Source: an uncultured delta proteobacterium
Lineage (GTDB): Bacteria > Desulfobacterota > RBG-13-43-22
NCBI GenBank assembly: GCA_963743305.1
Contig: CAVUPH010000016.1
Location: 53,461-117,460 of the forward strand
DNA: 64,000 nucleotides
Direction of reading: 5' to 3'
Positions 20,687-31,905 of the stretch are shown piece after piece. The position numbers and the translations under genes were made by a program. How positions within the stretch are numbered: the first letter of the stretch is position 1; every line of letters begins with the position of its first letter. The notes under the pieces are model-generated. The model saw only the letters and a list, made by a program, of their open reading frames with translations, ran no database searches and was not told where the DNA came from.

Positions 20687-21832
20687 ATGGATTTCGAACT
20701 TACCGAAGAACAGCGAATGCTCAAGGAGCAAGTGGCCCGTTTCGTCGACCAGGATGTCATCCCCCGGGCCCCGATCATCGATGAGGAGGAACGTTTTCCT
20801 GAGGAGAATTTCCGGGCCATGGCGGATATGGGTCTGTTCGGGATCGCCCTCCCCGAAGAATACGGGGGAGCGGGATCGGATTTCCTGTCCTGTGTACTGG
20901 TTATGGAAGAGCTGATGCGGGGGTGCGTTTCCACTGGAAACACCTACGGGGCCCACGCCATCCTCTGCACGGAAAGCATATTCAGGAACGGGAATGAGGC
21001 GCAGCGCCGGCGTTTTCTGCCGGACCTCATCGCCGGAAAAACGATCGGGGCCCTGGCTTTGACCGAGCCGGGCGCGGGATCGGACGCCCTTTCCCTGCGC
21101 TGCCGGGCTGAAAAGAAAGGAGATCGCTATATCCTGAACGGGTCCAAGACGTTTATCACCAACGGGCCCATCGCCGACGTGGCCATCGTCTATGCCAAAA
21201 CCAACCCGGAGGCCGGGCCGAAAGGCATTTCCGCCTTCATCGTGGAAGCGGGATTCCCGGGGTTCATCAAGGGGAAGCCCATGAAAAAGATGGGGGTCAG
21301 GGGTTCGCCGACCGGAGAACTGTTCTTCGAGAACTGCGAAGTCCCCCTGGAGAACCTGCTGGGCGAGGAAAACCGGGGAATCAACGTCCTGATGAGCGGC
21401 CTGGACCGCGAGCGGATCCTCTGGTCCATTGCGCCCATCGGCGTGGCCCAGGGGGCTTTCGACCTGGCCTTTCGGTACGCCCGGGAAAGGATCCAGTTCG
21501 GCCAGCCCATCATCCAATTTCAGATGATCCAGGATATCCTGGCCGGCATGGCCACGGAAATCCAGGCCGGGCGGGTCCTTTCCTACTGGGCGGCCACACT
21601 GGCCGGCAGCGGAAAAAAAGTGAGGCTGGAGGCCTCCTATGCCAAATTATTCTGCGCCGAGGCCGGGGTTCGGGCCGTGGGCCAGGCCATGCAGGTTTTC
21701 GGTGGGTACGGCTTCATTCGGGAATACCCCATCGAGCGGATGTACCGGGACGTAAAGGGCATCGAGTTCGGGGCGGGAACCAACCAGATCCAGAAGCTGA
21801 TTATCATGGGAGAGTTGATGAAAAAATCATAA
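20687..21832 (+). CDS. Acyl-CoA dehydrogenase, isovaleryl-CoA dehydrogenase-like
   Basis: YGAHAILC, ALTEPGAGSD, FITNGP, LMSGLDRER, GAGTNQI. Confidence 0.88.
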   Translation: MDFELTEEQRMLKEQVARFVDQDVIPRAPIIDEEERFPEENFRAMADMGLFGIALPEEYGGAGSDFLSCVLVMEELMRGCVSTGNTYGAHAILCTESIFRNGNEAQRRRFLPDLIAGKTIGALALTEPGAGSDALSLRCRAEKKGDRYILNGSKTFITNGPIADVAIVYAKTNPEAGPKGISAFIVEAGFPGFIKGKPMKKMGVRGSPTGELFFENCEVPLENLLGEENRGINVLMSGLDRERILWSIAPIGVAQGAFDLAFRYARERIQFGQPIIQFQMIQDILAGMATEIQAGRVLSYWAATLAGSGKKVRLEASYAKLFCAEAGVRAVGQAMQVFGGYGFIREYPIERMYRDVKGIEFGAGTNQIQKLIIMGELMKKS

Positions 21833-21860
21833 AAGGAAACAAGGGACAAGAGGCAAGGAG

Positions 21861-23537
21861 ATGGAAGAGAGAGGATCTGGCACAAATCTTATGACCCCCA
21901 GGTACCCCCGGGCATCGACTACGAGCCGCTCACCCTGCCCGAGGCCCTGGATCGAAGCGCCAGAAATTACCCGCATCAGGCAGCCCTGCTGATGATGGGC
22001 AAGAAGATCACCTACCGGGAGTTGAATGCCCTGGTGAACCGGTTTGCCAATGCCCTGCGGGACCTGGGAGTAAAAAAAGGCGACAAGGTGGCCCTGCTGC
22101 TGCCCAACATTCCCCAGGGGTTCATCGCCTGCTTATGCGGTTTTCCGCTTGGGCGCCGTGGTGGTCATGAACAACCCCCTGTACACCGAATCGGAACTGG
22201 AATACCAGCTCAATGATTCGGATTCCACGGTGGCCATCTCGCTCGACCTGCTCATCCCCCGTATCCTCAAATTGAAAGAAAAGACCGGGATCCGGACGAT
22301 CATTTCCTGTCATATTCGGGACTACCTTCCTTTTCCGGCCAAGCAACTCTTCCCCCTGGTCAAAAAAAGCCTGCATCGTCAACCCGTTTCCGGGGAAGAG
22401 GTCTATGAGTTCCTGGACCTGGTCAACAAATTTCCGGATCAGCCCCCGGACGCCGAAGTAAACCTGGACGACCTGGGAGCTCTGCTCTATACCGGCGGTA
22501 CCACCGGCGTTTCCAAGGGCGTCATGCTGACCCATAGAAATTTAAGTGTCAACGTCCAGCAGCTTCGGGCCTGGACTTTCGATGCCGGGGAAGGCCGGGA
22601 AAGCCTTATGGGAATCTTCCCCATTTTTCACAGCGCCGGGTTTACAGCGGTCATGAACCACTGCCTCTATCGAGGGTTGAGCATCATCCTGGTCCCGAAA
22701 CCTGACCCGGAGGGCGTACTCAAAATGACCAAGAAATACCGCCCGGACTACTTCCCCTGCGTCCCCACGCTCTATGTGGGCCTGCTCAATCATCCGGAAT
22801 TTCCCAAAACCGATTTTTCCTTTATCAAGGGGTGTGTCTCCGGCGCCGCCCCCCTGCCTCTGGAGACGCTCAAACAATGGAAAGATGTGGTCGGCGCCCA
22901 GATCATGGAGGTCTACGGCCTGACCGAGACCTCACCCCTTTCCCACGCCAACCCCTGGAGAGGAAAGGCCAAGGCGGGGAGCGTGGGACTACCCGTACCG
23001 GACACGGACTGCAAGATCGTCGACTTGGTGGACGGCACCAAGGAAATGGGACTGGGTGAAAGCGGAGAGATCTTGCTGAAAGGCCCGCAGCTTACCCAGG
23101 GTTATTACAAGAAACCGGAGGAGACGGCCGAGGCCATCCGGGACGGCTGGTTCTATACCGGAGACATCGGTTACCTGGACGACGAAGGGTACCTCTACAT
23201 CGTGGACCGCAAGAAAGACATGATCATCGCCGGCGGATTTAATATCTATCCCCGGGACATCGACGAAGTTCTTTATGAGCATCCCAAGATCAAGGAGGCC
23301 TGTGCCGTGGGCATCCCCGACCCCTACCGGGGCGAAACGGTCAAGGCCTTTATCGTTCCCCGGGAGGGGGAGACCTTGACCGCCGAGGAGGTCATCTTGT
23401 TCTGCCGGGAGAAACTGGCCGCCTATAAGACGCCCAAGCAGGTTGAATTTGTGGAGGATCTTCCCAAAAGCACGGTGGGAAAGGTGTTACGAAGGAAGCT
23501 CAGGGAAATGGAGATGGAAAAAGCTAAAAAGCAATAG
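21861..23537 (+). CDS. Long-chain fatty acid-CoA ligase; frameshifts near 21868 and 22130
   Basis: RBS aaggag plus ATG, then IWHKSYDP in a shifted frame; [26 protein letters not shown]. Confidence 0.88.
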
Positions 23538-23664
23538 AGAGGGAAGAAGTAAGAAAAGAGATGGAAGAGGGGAGATGGAAGAGGGAAGCAAAGACCCCTA
23601 CCCCCTAAACCCTGTACCCGGCAATAATGGGAAGAAGACAGAAGAGGCAGATGGGAAAGTTTTT

Positions 23665-25528
23665 ATGAGCGGCAGTTGGAATAGGTTTCTGGAAGTAGAA
23701 CTGGGTTCCGGGAAAACGGGAATCCGGAGGATCGATCAAGCGGATTTAAGGTTCTTTGTTGGTGGGGCTTCACTGGCGGCTCGATTTTTTTGCGATACGC
23801 CCGGACCGGAAGTCGATCCGTTGTCCCCGGAGAATCCCTTGTTGATCATGGCCGGGCCCCTGGTCGGGACGACCTTTCCCGGCACTTCCCGTTTTGTCCT
23901 CTGCGCCCGCTCTCCGCTGACCGGAATCTGGGGGGAATCCAGCGCCGGGGGGGCCTTCGGGGCCGATCTCAAGAAAGCCGGATATGACGGCATCTTCATT
24001 TCCGGGCGGGCGGAACGACCTTCCTATATCCTGATAGAGGATAACCGAGTCTCCCTTCGTGAAGCCGGGGACCTTTGGGGGAAAGATACCTACGACACCA
24101 TTGATGCGTTAAGAGGGAGACATCCGGGAAAACATCCGGTCAAGGTCCTGGCCATCGGGCCGGCCGGTGAGCACTTGGTTAAGTATGCCTCGGTTTGCCA
24201 TGATAAGGCCCATCACCTGGGGCGGACCGGGATGGGAGCGGTTATGGGCAGCAAGCAGCTTAAGGCCGTGCTCGTCCGGGGTTCGGGAAAGGTGCCTATT
24301 GCCCGGGAAGATGCTTTTGGTGAGGCCCGAAAGGCGGCTCTGCAGGCGATCAAGGAGTCCATGATGGCGGATTCGTTTCAGCAGTTGGGAACGGCGGCCG
24401 CCATGGACCTGGGGATGATGACCGGGGACGTTCCCCTGAAAAACTGGTCGCTGGGCGTCAATTATGAAATGGCCGATGCCCTCGGCGGACCGGCCCTGGC
24501 GGATAAAATGCTCCAGGGTCGGACGGCCTGTTATGCCTGCCCCATCGGCTGCAAGCCGGTGGTGGAGTTCCATAGTTCCTCCTTACGAACTGCGGAAGGG
24601 CCCCGGCCCGGAGTATGAGACCTGCGCGGCTTTCGGCACGATGATCATGAATGACAACCTGTATGCCGTGGCCCGGGCCAATGAGCGCTGCAACCGGCTG
24701 GGGCTGGACACGATCAGCTGCGGGGCCACCATCGCCTTCATCATGGAGGCCTTCGAGAAGGGGTTGCTGACCGCAAGCGAACTGGACGGCCTGGAGCTGC
24801 ACTGGGGCGGAATCGATTCCGCGCTGACCTTGATCGAGCGGATTGCTTATCGAAAGGGATTTGGGGATCAGGCGGCTGAAGGAAGCCGGGCACTGGCCGC
24901 AGGTTGGGAAGAGGGGCTGAAGCGTTTGAAGTGACCATTAAAGGGTTGGAGCTGCCGATGCATGATCCGCGCGGATTTCACGGCATGGCCCTGGCTTATA
25001 TGAATTCCAACCGGGGGGCCTGCCATTTGCAGCACTCGGTCCAGGCCGTGGAACAGGGGGTCGTGGTCTGGCCCGAGGCCGGTCTGCAGGAAGACTATGC
25101 GGCCCAGGAAAGCGAAGGGAAAGCCGAAATGGTCGCTCTTTCCGAAAATCTGGGGCAGATGTCCAACGCGGTCTGTGTCTGTCATTTCGTCCAATGGACC
25201 ATGGGCTTGACCAACCTCCTGAACGGGTTTAACGCGGTTACCGGCTATGAATTCGATTTCCGGGAATTTATGGAGGCGGGCCGGAGGTCCTGGGTTTTGA
25301 AACGGGCGCTGAACAACACCATGGGCGTAACTGCCGCGGACGACCGGCTGCCGAAACGAATTCTCACCCCGCTGGCGGAGGGAGGGGCGGCCGGGAGTGT
25401 TCCGGATGAGAATCGGTTGAAAAGTGACTATTACCGGATCCGCGGTCTGGATGAAAAAGGATTTCCCACAGAGGAAACCCTGAACGAACTCGGACTTTCG
25501 TTTGTAAACACCAGGCGTCATCCGATAA
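23665..25528 (+). CDS. aor: Aldehyde:ferredoxin oxidoreductase (W/Mo-bisPGD AOR family); several frameshifts, 3' end approximate
   Basis: SPLTGIWGES, GRTGMGAVMGSK, CYACPIGC, EYET, GLDTIS, HDPRG, DRLPKR spread over ORFs 23443, 24464 and 24904. Confidence 0.85.
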
Positions 25529-25544
25529 GGAGGAAACCATACTC

Positions 25545-25967
25545 ATGGCGAAACTGGAAGTGTTCAGCCCGGCCTGGTGTCAGGCCTGGGAGGAGAAAGT
25601 CAGGGCCAGCAAGGATTTTGCTCTCTTCAATAAAGGCTGGGAAGGGGATATCGGCTGTTTCATCCTCAAAGACCCGGCGGCCAATCTTCCGGAGGACCTG
25701 TACCTCTACCTGGATTTCGAGGACGGTAAGGTCAACGGTATCACCATGGTGGGCAGGGATAAGGCGGAACAGGCCAAGTTCATTATAACCGGTGATTACG
25801 TCCGTTGGAAACAGGTGGCCAAAAAGGAACTGGACGCGGTAAAGGCCATGATGCAGGGCAAGCTGAAGCTAAAGGGCAATCTGCCTTATGTCGTCAAGTA
25901 CATCAAAGGGGTGCAGGAGTCCATACGTTGTCTCACTGAGCTGGATTCAAAATTTCCGGATGATTAA
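25545..25967 (+). CDS. SCP2 sterol/lipid-binding domain protein
   Basis: FSPAWC...AMMQGKLKLKGNL; RBS aggagg. Confidence 0.8.
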   Translation: MAKLEVFSPAWCQAWEEKVRASKDFALFNKGWEGDIGCFILKDPAANLPEDLYLYLDFEDGKVNGITMVGRDKAEQAKFIITGDYVRWKQVAKKELDAVKAMMQGKLKLKGNLPYVVKYIKGVQESIRCLTELDSKFPDD

Positions 25968-25981
25968 AAAAGGGTCTGAAC

Positions 25982-27147
25982 ATGTCCTACGATGCGGATT
26001 TCAATTTTAATTATTTTGCTCCCACCCGGGTTGTTTTCGGTGCAGGGTCTGTTAGCGAGCTTCCCATTGAAGTAAGCAAGCTGGGCCATAAAGCGATCCT
26101 GGTGACCGACGAGGGCCTGGTAGCCGCAGGGATGGTGGATCCGGTCAAGGATATTCTGGGGAAAGCCCTGGTCGGCATCTACGCTGAAATTCCCCAGGAC
26201 AGCGGCATGGAGGTGGTCGATCGGGCCGCGGCCTACGCGGTGTCCCTGGGCGCCGACGTGGTGGTGAGCCTCGGCGGGGGAAGTGTCATGGATACGGCCA
26301 AGGGGATGTGCATCCTGATGAAGGAAGGCGGCAGCCTCCGCGATTTTCAGGGGATGCAGATGCTCACCCGCCCCCAGACGCCCCACATTACCATCCCCAC
26401 CACGGCCGGCACGGGATCGGAGGTGACCAGCGCCGCGGTCGTCCTGGACCGGGAACAGGGTCAGAAGATCCTCATTTATGATTATTTCATCACTCCCCAA
26501 GTGGCGATCCTGGACCCGAGGATGACCGAAAAGCTTCCCCCGGGATTGACGGCCTCTACCGGGATGGATGCCATGACCCATGCTGTGGAGTGTTATCTCT
26601 CGCTGCAACGGAACCCCATCTCTGATGCCGCCGCCCTGCATGCCGTTCGTCTTATTACCCGCTTTTTACCGGCAGCGGTTAACGACGGGACCGATTTGGC
26701 GGCCCGCGGCCAGATGCAGGGTGCCGCCCTGCTGGCCGGGTGGGCCTTTTCCAACGCCCTGCTGGGCCTGACCCATGCCCTGGCCCACTCCCTGGGAGCG
26801 GTCACGGGTCTGCCCCACGGGCTGGCCAACGGGATCCTCCTGCCCCACGTCATGCGCTACAACCTGGAAGAAGTCCCCGACCTGCTGGCCGATATTGCCG
26901 AAGCCATGGGAGTGGCCGTCCGGGGCTATGGACAGTCGGGAAGCGGGGGAGGCGGCCGTTTACGGGATGGAGGATTTTTTGAAACGGATCGGACATCCCT
27001 CGCGGCCTGCGGGATGTCGGGGATAAAAGAAAATTCTTAAAACCCTGTGCCGAACTGGCCATTGAGCGACGGTTCCATCATCTATAATCCGAGAATGGTT
27101 GTGGATACGTGAAGAGGTGCTAACGGTGTTGAAGCAGGCTTTATTAA
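25982..27147 (+). CDS. Iron-containing alcohol dehydrogenase; C-terminal frameshifts, 3' end approximate
   Basis: GGGSVMDTAK, PTTAGTGSE, GMDAMTHAVE, HALAH, HGLAN. Confidence 0.88.
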
Positions 27148-27153
27148 TTGGCT

Positions 27154-27593
27154 ATGTTAAAAAAAGCTAACACCACGTGAAATACGCCTGGCTCCGGGCG
27201 CCGAAGAGATCGGATTGACGCACATGCTCCGGGATTTGTTGATTCAGAACCTTGAACAGCACCCGCAGAAGTTCAGGCGACTTCCGAAAACTCCGTCTCA
27301 AGGCCGGACTTACGGTTCCCGATGCCGAAGTGGCCTTGACCTTGGAATTCGATAGGGGGACCTTAACAATTTATCCCGGTATCCTGAACGATTCGCAACT
27401 CCGGATTACTTCCGAGGCTGATATGGTCATGGCCCTTTCCAACCTCCGGATCAAGTGGGGCCTACCCTATTACTTCGATGAACCGGGGAAAGAAGTCCTG
27501 GCCGCCATGCGATCCGGCAGGATCAAAATCAAGGGGTTGATCCGGCATTTCCCAGGTCTGGTGAGGCTCTCCAGGATCATGTCGGTACATTAG
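27154..27593 (+). CDS. SCP2-like small protein (frameshifted, start approximate)
   Basis: VALTLEFDRG...SGRIKIKGL resembles the SCP2 fold. Confidence 0.5.
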
Positions 27594-27595
27594 AA

Positions 27596-27680
27596 GCAAG
27601 GTAGAAGGTGCAAGGTGTACGGTATAAGGCGTGAATATTAAAAGTAGTGGGCGCAAGGCCCAAGGGGTAAGGCGCAAGGA
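27596..27680. repeat. Heptamer iterations (gcaaggt/taaggcg type)
   Basis: gcaaggtagaaggtgcaaggtgtacggtataaggcg...gcgcaaggcccaaggggtaaggcgcaagg. Confidence 0.55.
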
Positions 27681-27701
27681 AATATCAAGAAGGAGTTTTT
27701 T

Positions 27702-29203
27702 ATGGAATCTTTGACGTTGTCGTAATAGGTGCCGGAAACGGCGGTCTCACCGCCTCGACCACCCTGGCCCAGAAGGGGCTCAAGGTCCTGCTGCTGGAAC
27801 GGCACAATATCCCCGGCGGCTGCGCCACCAGCTTCTGCCGGGGGCGGTTTGAGTTCGAGGTGGCCCTGCACCAGCTCAGCGGGGTAGGGACCTCGGAAAA
27901 TCCGGGCCCGCTCCGGATGCTTCTATCTCAACTGGGGATCCTGGACGACCTGGAACTGGTGGAGATGAAAGATCTTTTCAATGTCAGCGGTCCGGGGGAT
28001 TTTCGGCTGTCCCTGAAGCCCGACCGGGGTCAGGTGGTCGCTGCGCTTCAGGAACGGTTTCCTAAAGAGCGGGAAGGAATCGATCGGTTTTTCGAGCTTT
28101 CCTATCAGTATGCCCAGCAGATGCTTTCGGCCTTTTATTTCAAGGACCCGGAGCCTTCCCGGGAAAAATATCCGGTTCTCTATCACTACGCCTATAAACC
28201 GGCGATAGAAGTACTGGATGAACTGTTCGCTGATCCACTGCTTAAGTCCGTGATTTCTTCCTACTGGGGATTTTTAGGCCTCCCCCCCAGCCGGTTGTCT
28301 TTCGCCTACCTGGCCATGCTGTTTTTCGTTTATATCGAATTCAAGCCGTTTCATCTCAAAGGCGGCTCTCAGGCCTTGTCCAACGCTTTGATCAACCGCT
28401 TTTTATCCCAGGGCGGGACGGTCCGTTTCAATTGCGGGGTTGATAAGATCCTGATGAAAGAGGGACGCATTGAAGGGGTGGTCGTCGAATCAGGGGAGAA
28501 GATTAAGACCCGCTACCTGGTTTCCAATGCCTCCCCGGTGACCACCTACACCCGGCTATTGGATCCGGAAAATGTCCCGGAGTTTGTGTTTCAAGAAATG
28601 CGGGGAAGATCACTCAGCCCTTCGGCCTTTGTTTTGTATATGGGATTTGATTGCGAACCTCAGGAGCTGGGTATCACCGGTTCCATGACTTTTTTGGCCA
28701 CCCATACGGATATTTCGGATAGAAATCTCCTGGATATGCAGCGGTTGGATTTGGGCGACCAATTTATGGCCCTGAGTTGTTACGATGTGGCGGACCCCGA
28801 CTTTTCTCCGCCGGGGACCTGCCAGGTGAGTGCCGTTACCCTGAAATACGGGGAACCCTGGCTGCGGGTTCCTCCGGGGGAATACCATCGGGTGAAATTC
28901 CGCTGTGCCGAATCCATGCTGCGGCGGGTGGAGGCAGCTTTCCCGGGGGCGCGGAATCATATCGAGGAAATCGAGGCGGCCACCCCCCTGACCCACATGC
29001 GTTACCTGGGGCATCCCAACGGGTCCATTTACGGCTTCGAGCAATACACCAAGGACTCCATGTTCTTCCAACCCGGCCGGACTTCCCCCGTCTCGGGACT
29101 GTTTTTTGCCAGCGGCTGGACCGGGGACTGTGGGTTCCAGCCGACACTTGAGGCCGGGGCGGCGGCCGCCAGATCCATTATTCGGGAACTTGAAGGGAAG
29201 TAG
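27702..29203 (+). CDS. Phytoene dehydrogenase-like FAD-dependent oxidoreductase (COG1233); indel just after the start
   Basis: aaggag plus ATG; DVVVIGAGNGG, LLERHNIPGGCATSF upstream of ORF 27860; ATPLT, GSIYG. Confidence 0.85.
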
Positions 29204-29212
29204 GAGGGGACG

Positions 29213-30372
29213 ATGGGAAAGGATATATTCAAGGAATTTGACGGGTATGAACAGATAGTGGCTGAGCGGGAGGTGGTCCGGAAATACGGGCTGGATTATT
29301 CGCCGGATAAAGACGATTCCGAACAATACATCCGGCGTCTCCATCCCCAACGGACTGGGGCTTCGGGTTTCCGATATCATCACCGAGACACCTTCTACGA
29401 AGACTTTCCGGCTGGTAAGTCCAAGACGACACCCTCCCGCCCTTTCTGGCGGGCCAATACCTGGCATTATTTTTGGATATCGGAGGAATCCGGACGGGAC
29501 GTCCGTACAGCATTTCCTCCGCCCCCAATCAAACCGGATACTACGATCTTACCGTCAGGCGGGTGGCAAACGGTCTGGTTTCCAACTATCTTCATGAGGC
29601 GGTTAAAACGGGGGATCATCTTCAAAGCTCGGGGCCGGAAGGCCATTTTTACCATAACCCCTTGTTCCACGATCGCACCATGGTCTGCCTGGCCGGCGGG
29701 AGCGGGATTACTCCTTTTATGAGCATGGTGCGGGAAATAGCGGAGCGCGGTCTCGACCGGGAGGTGTTTCTCTTTTACGGAAGCCGGACCCTGGAAGAAA
29801 CCGTTTTTCATGAGCAACTGATCTACTATGCTGAGCGGTTTCCCCTTATTCACTATTTTCCGGTCATCGAAGCCCCCTCGGAAGGCTACGGCGGCCTGAC
29901 CGGTCTGCTGACCGGGGAACTTATAAAAACCACGGTGGGGGAACTAGGAAACAAGACCTTCTATCTGTGCGGCCCCCAGGCCATGTACGACTTCTGTATC
30001 CCCCAACTGGAAGGATTGGGCATCTCCAGGCGGAAAATCCGGAAGGAGGTTTACGGACCGCCGGCGGACATTACCCGATCCCCAAATTGGCCGGCGGAGG
30101 TGAAGGCGGATCAGGTTTTCACGATAAAAATTGACGGCGGTCCGACTATAGAAGCCCTGGCGGGGGAACCCCTGGTTTCGGCCCTGGAAAGGCAGGGAAT
30201 CCTGGTCCGGAGCCTTTGCCGTTCGGGCGAGTGCAGCATGTGCCGGGTGAAAATAGTATCGGGAAAAGTGTTCGAACCGGCAGGGACCCCGGTCCGGCGA
30301 TCTGACCGGCGCTACGGTTATACTCATGCTTGCGTCACCTATCCGCTGGGAGATCTGGAAATTTTGTTGTAA
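29213..30372 (+). CDS. FAD/NAD(P)-binding oxidoreductase (FNR-like) with C-terminal plant-type [2Fe-2S] domain; frameshifted
   Basis: RPYSIS, GLVSNYL, AGGSGITP, YLCGP, CRSGECSMC...C. Confidence 0.85.
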
Positions 30373-30429
30373 ATTAAAACGAATTGCTCCGCCTCTCACC
30401 GGAGGAGGAGGGTTATATGTGGGGAGGAA

Positions 30430-30538
30430 TATCGGAAGGATGGAATGATGGAACGATAAGAAAAGGGCTGGTCAACGCTGACTGGACTGGTGGATTTCGC
30501 GGATTTGATTCCATTATTCCAATATTCCATCCTTCCTT
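30430..30538. repeat. Octamer-iterated palindrome (ggaatgat / attcc type)
   Basis: ggaaggatggaatgatggaa...ttccattattccaatattccatccttcc. Confidence 0.6.
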
Positions 30539-30570
30539 TGAAAATAAAAAAAATATCCGGAGGGATTACT

Positions 30571-31398
30571 ATGAGCGAAGAGCGTAATCAGGAATTGGTC
30601 ACCTACCATCGGGAGGGGCACTTGGGTTTTATCACCCTGAACCGGCCGGAGAAGCGCAACGCCATGAACTGGGCCTTGTGGCTGGCGTTGGAACAGGCCG
30701 TTCTACAAGCCGAAGCGGATAAGGAAGCCCGGGTGGTCATCGTGAAAGGGGAGGGGAAAACGTTTTGTGCGGGGTTGGATCTCGGACCGGAAAACGAACT
30801 CCTCCAGGCCATCGGGGCCACGCCCGGCGCTACTCAGAAACTGGATTTCTACCGGCTGGCCCGGAGGGGGCAGGATATCTTTACCAGGCTGGAACGCCTC
30901 CCCCAGCCGACGATCGCCGTCATTCAGGCCCACTGCCTGGGAGCGGGGCTGGAAATGGTCCTCTGCTGTGATATGCGTTTCTGCTCGGCCGAGACCCTGT
31001 TTGGCCTTCCCGAGCCGACGCTGGCCATCATCACCGATGCCGGCGGCCTGCAGCGCCTGCCCCGGGTGGTGGGGAGAGGGCACGCCCGGGAGATCGCCTT
31101 CCGTGGCCACCGTTTTAATGCCGAGCGGGCCCGGGCCATCGATCTGGTCAACGACGTATTCCCGGACAAAGAAAGTCTGGATTCTAAAGTAATGGAAATC
31201 GCCGCGGAAATCGCTTCCAACCCTCCCCTGGCCGTCCAGGGGGCCAAGGAAGCCCTGCTGTTTAATGAAGAGGCCGATCTGCAGGAGTCGTTGGAATACA
31301 CGGCCGCCCGCTCCAGCATGATCCTGCCTTCGGAAGATCTTTACGAAGCCATCGCGGCCTATATGGAAAAGAAGAAAGGGAAGTTCAAAGGGGCTTAA
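30571..31398 (+). CDS. Enoyl-CoA hydratase/isomerase
   Basis: LNRPEKRNA, FCAGLDL, GAGLE, PEPTLAIITDAGG. Confidence 0.9.
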   Translation: MSEERNQELVTYHREGHLGFITLNRPEKRNAMNWALWLALEQAVLQAEADKEARVVIVKGEGKTFCAGLDLGPENELLQAIGATPGATQKLDFYRLARRGQDIFTRLERLPQPTIAVIQAHCLGAGLEMVLCCDMRFCSAETLFGLPEPTLAIITDAGGLQRLPRVVGRGHAREIAFRGHRFNAERARAIDLVNDVFPDKESLDSKVMEIAAEIASNPPLAVQGAKEALLFNEEADLQESLEYTAARSSMILPSEDLYEAIAAYMEKKKGKFKGA

Positions 31399-31467
31399 CC
31401 CTGGCCAAAAATATAAGGAACCAGGCCGGCCCGGTAGCAGTACAGGGCCGGCCCGGGTAAGGAATGA

Positions 31468-31887
31468 TTAAATGGATTTTTCCCAGCCCTGCCCGAAGTC
31501 AGCCAGCGGCCTTATCTCCAGCACCTCAAAGGTAACGGCCGCCTGGATCATCTTGGCGGCGTTTTCTCCGGCTTTTTCGGCAATGGCTTTGCGGATCTGT
31601 TCCAGCTTGTTCCCTTCCATGTCGATTTCGGTGGCCTTCAAATAGAGGCGAACCCCTTTCCATTCCGGCAGGGTGTTGCCCGGTTCCATAATCATGTAGG
31701 CGGCCCAGGGGTTTTCCTTCAGATTGGCCAGGGTCCGGTTGTTTCCCAAGCCCATAAAAACGGTCTTGGGATCGGTCATCCGAGGGGAGCCGAAATAGGC
31801 CACGTTGACTTTCCCGTCTTTGCCGGCCGTGCTCAAGGTGCCGAGGCGGGGTTGCTTGTTGAAGTATTCCATCAGTTTTTCGCTCAT
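31468..31887 (-). CDS. Pyridoxamine 5'-phosphate oxidase-like FMN-binding protein
   Basis: LSTAGKDGKVNVA, RTLANLKENP split-barrel signature. Confidence 0.8.
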   Translation of the reverse strand: MSEKLMEYFNKQPRLGTLSTAGKDGKVNVAYFGSPRMTDPKTVFMGLGNNRTLANLKENPWAAYMIMEPGNTLPEWKGVRLYLKATEIDMEGNKLEQIRKAIAEKAGENAAKMIQAAVTFEVLEIRPLADFGQGWEKSI

Positions 31888-31905
31888 ACCTTCTCCTTTC
31901 TCGTT

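Noticed and set aside
9318-30372. Frameshifts in fadN, the acyl-CoA ligase, aor, adh and the oxidoreductases as pseudogenes or programmed frameshifting
   Set aside because: The indels are numerous and scattered, several at short runs, with motifs intact on both sides; together with the adapter remnant this points to long-read error
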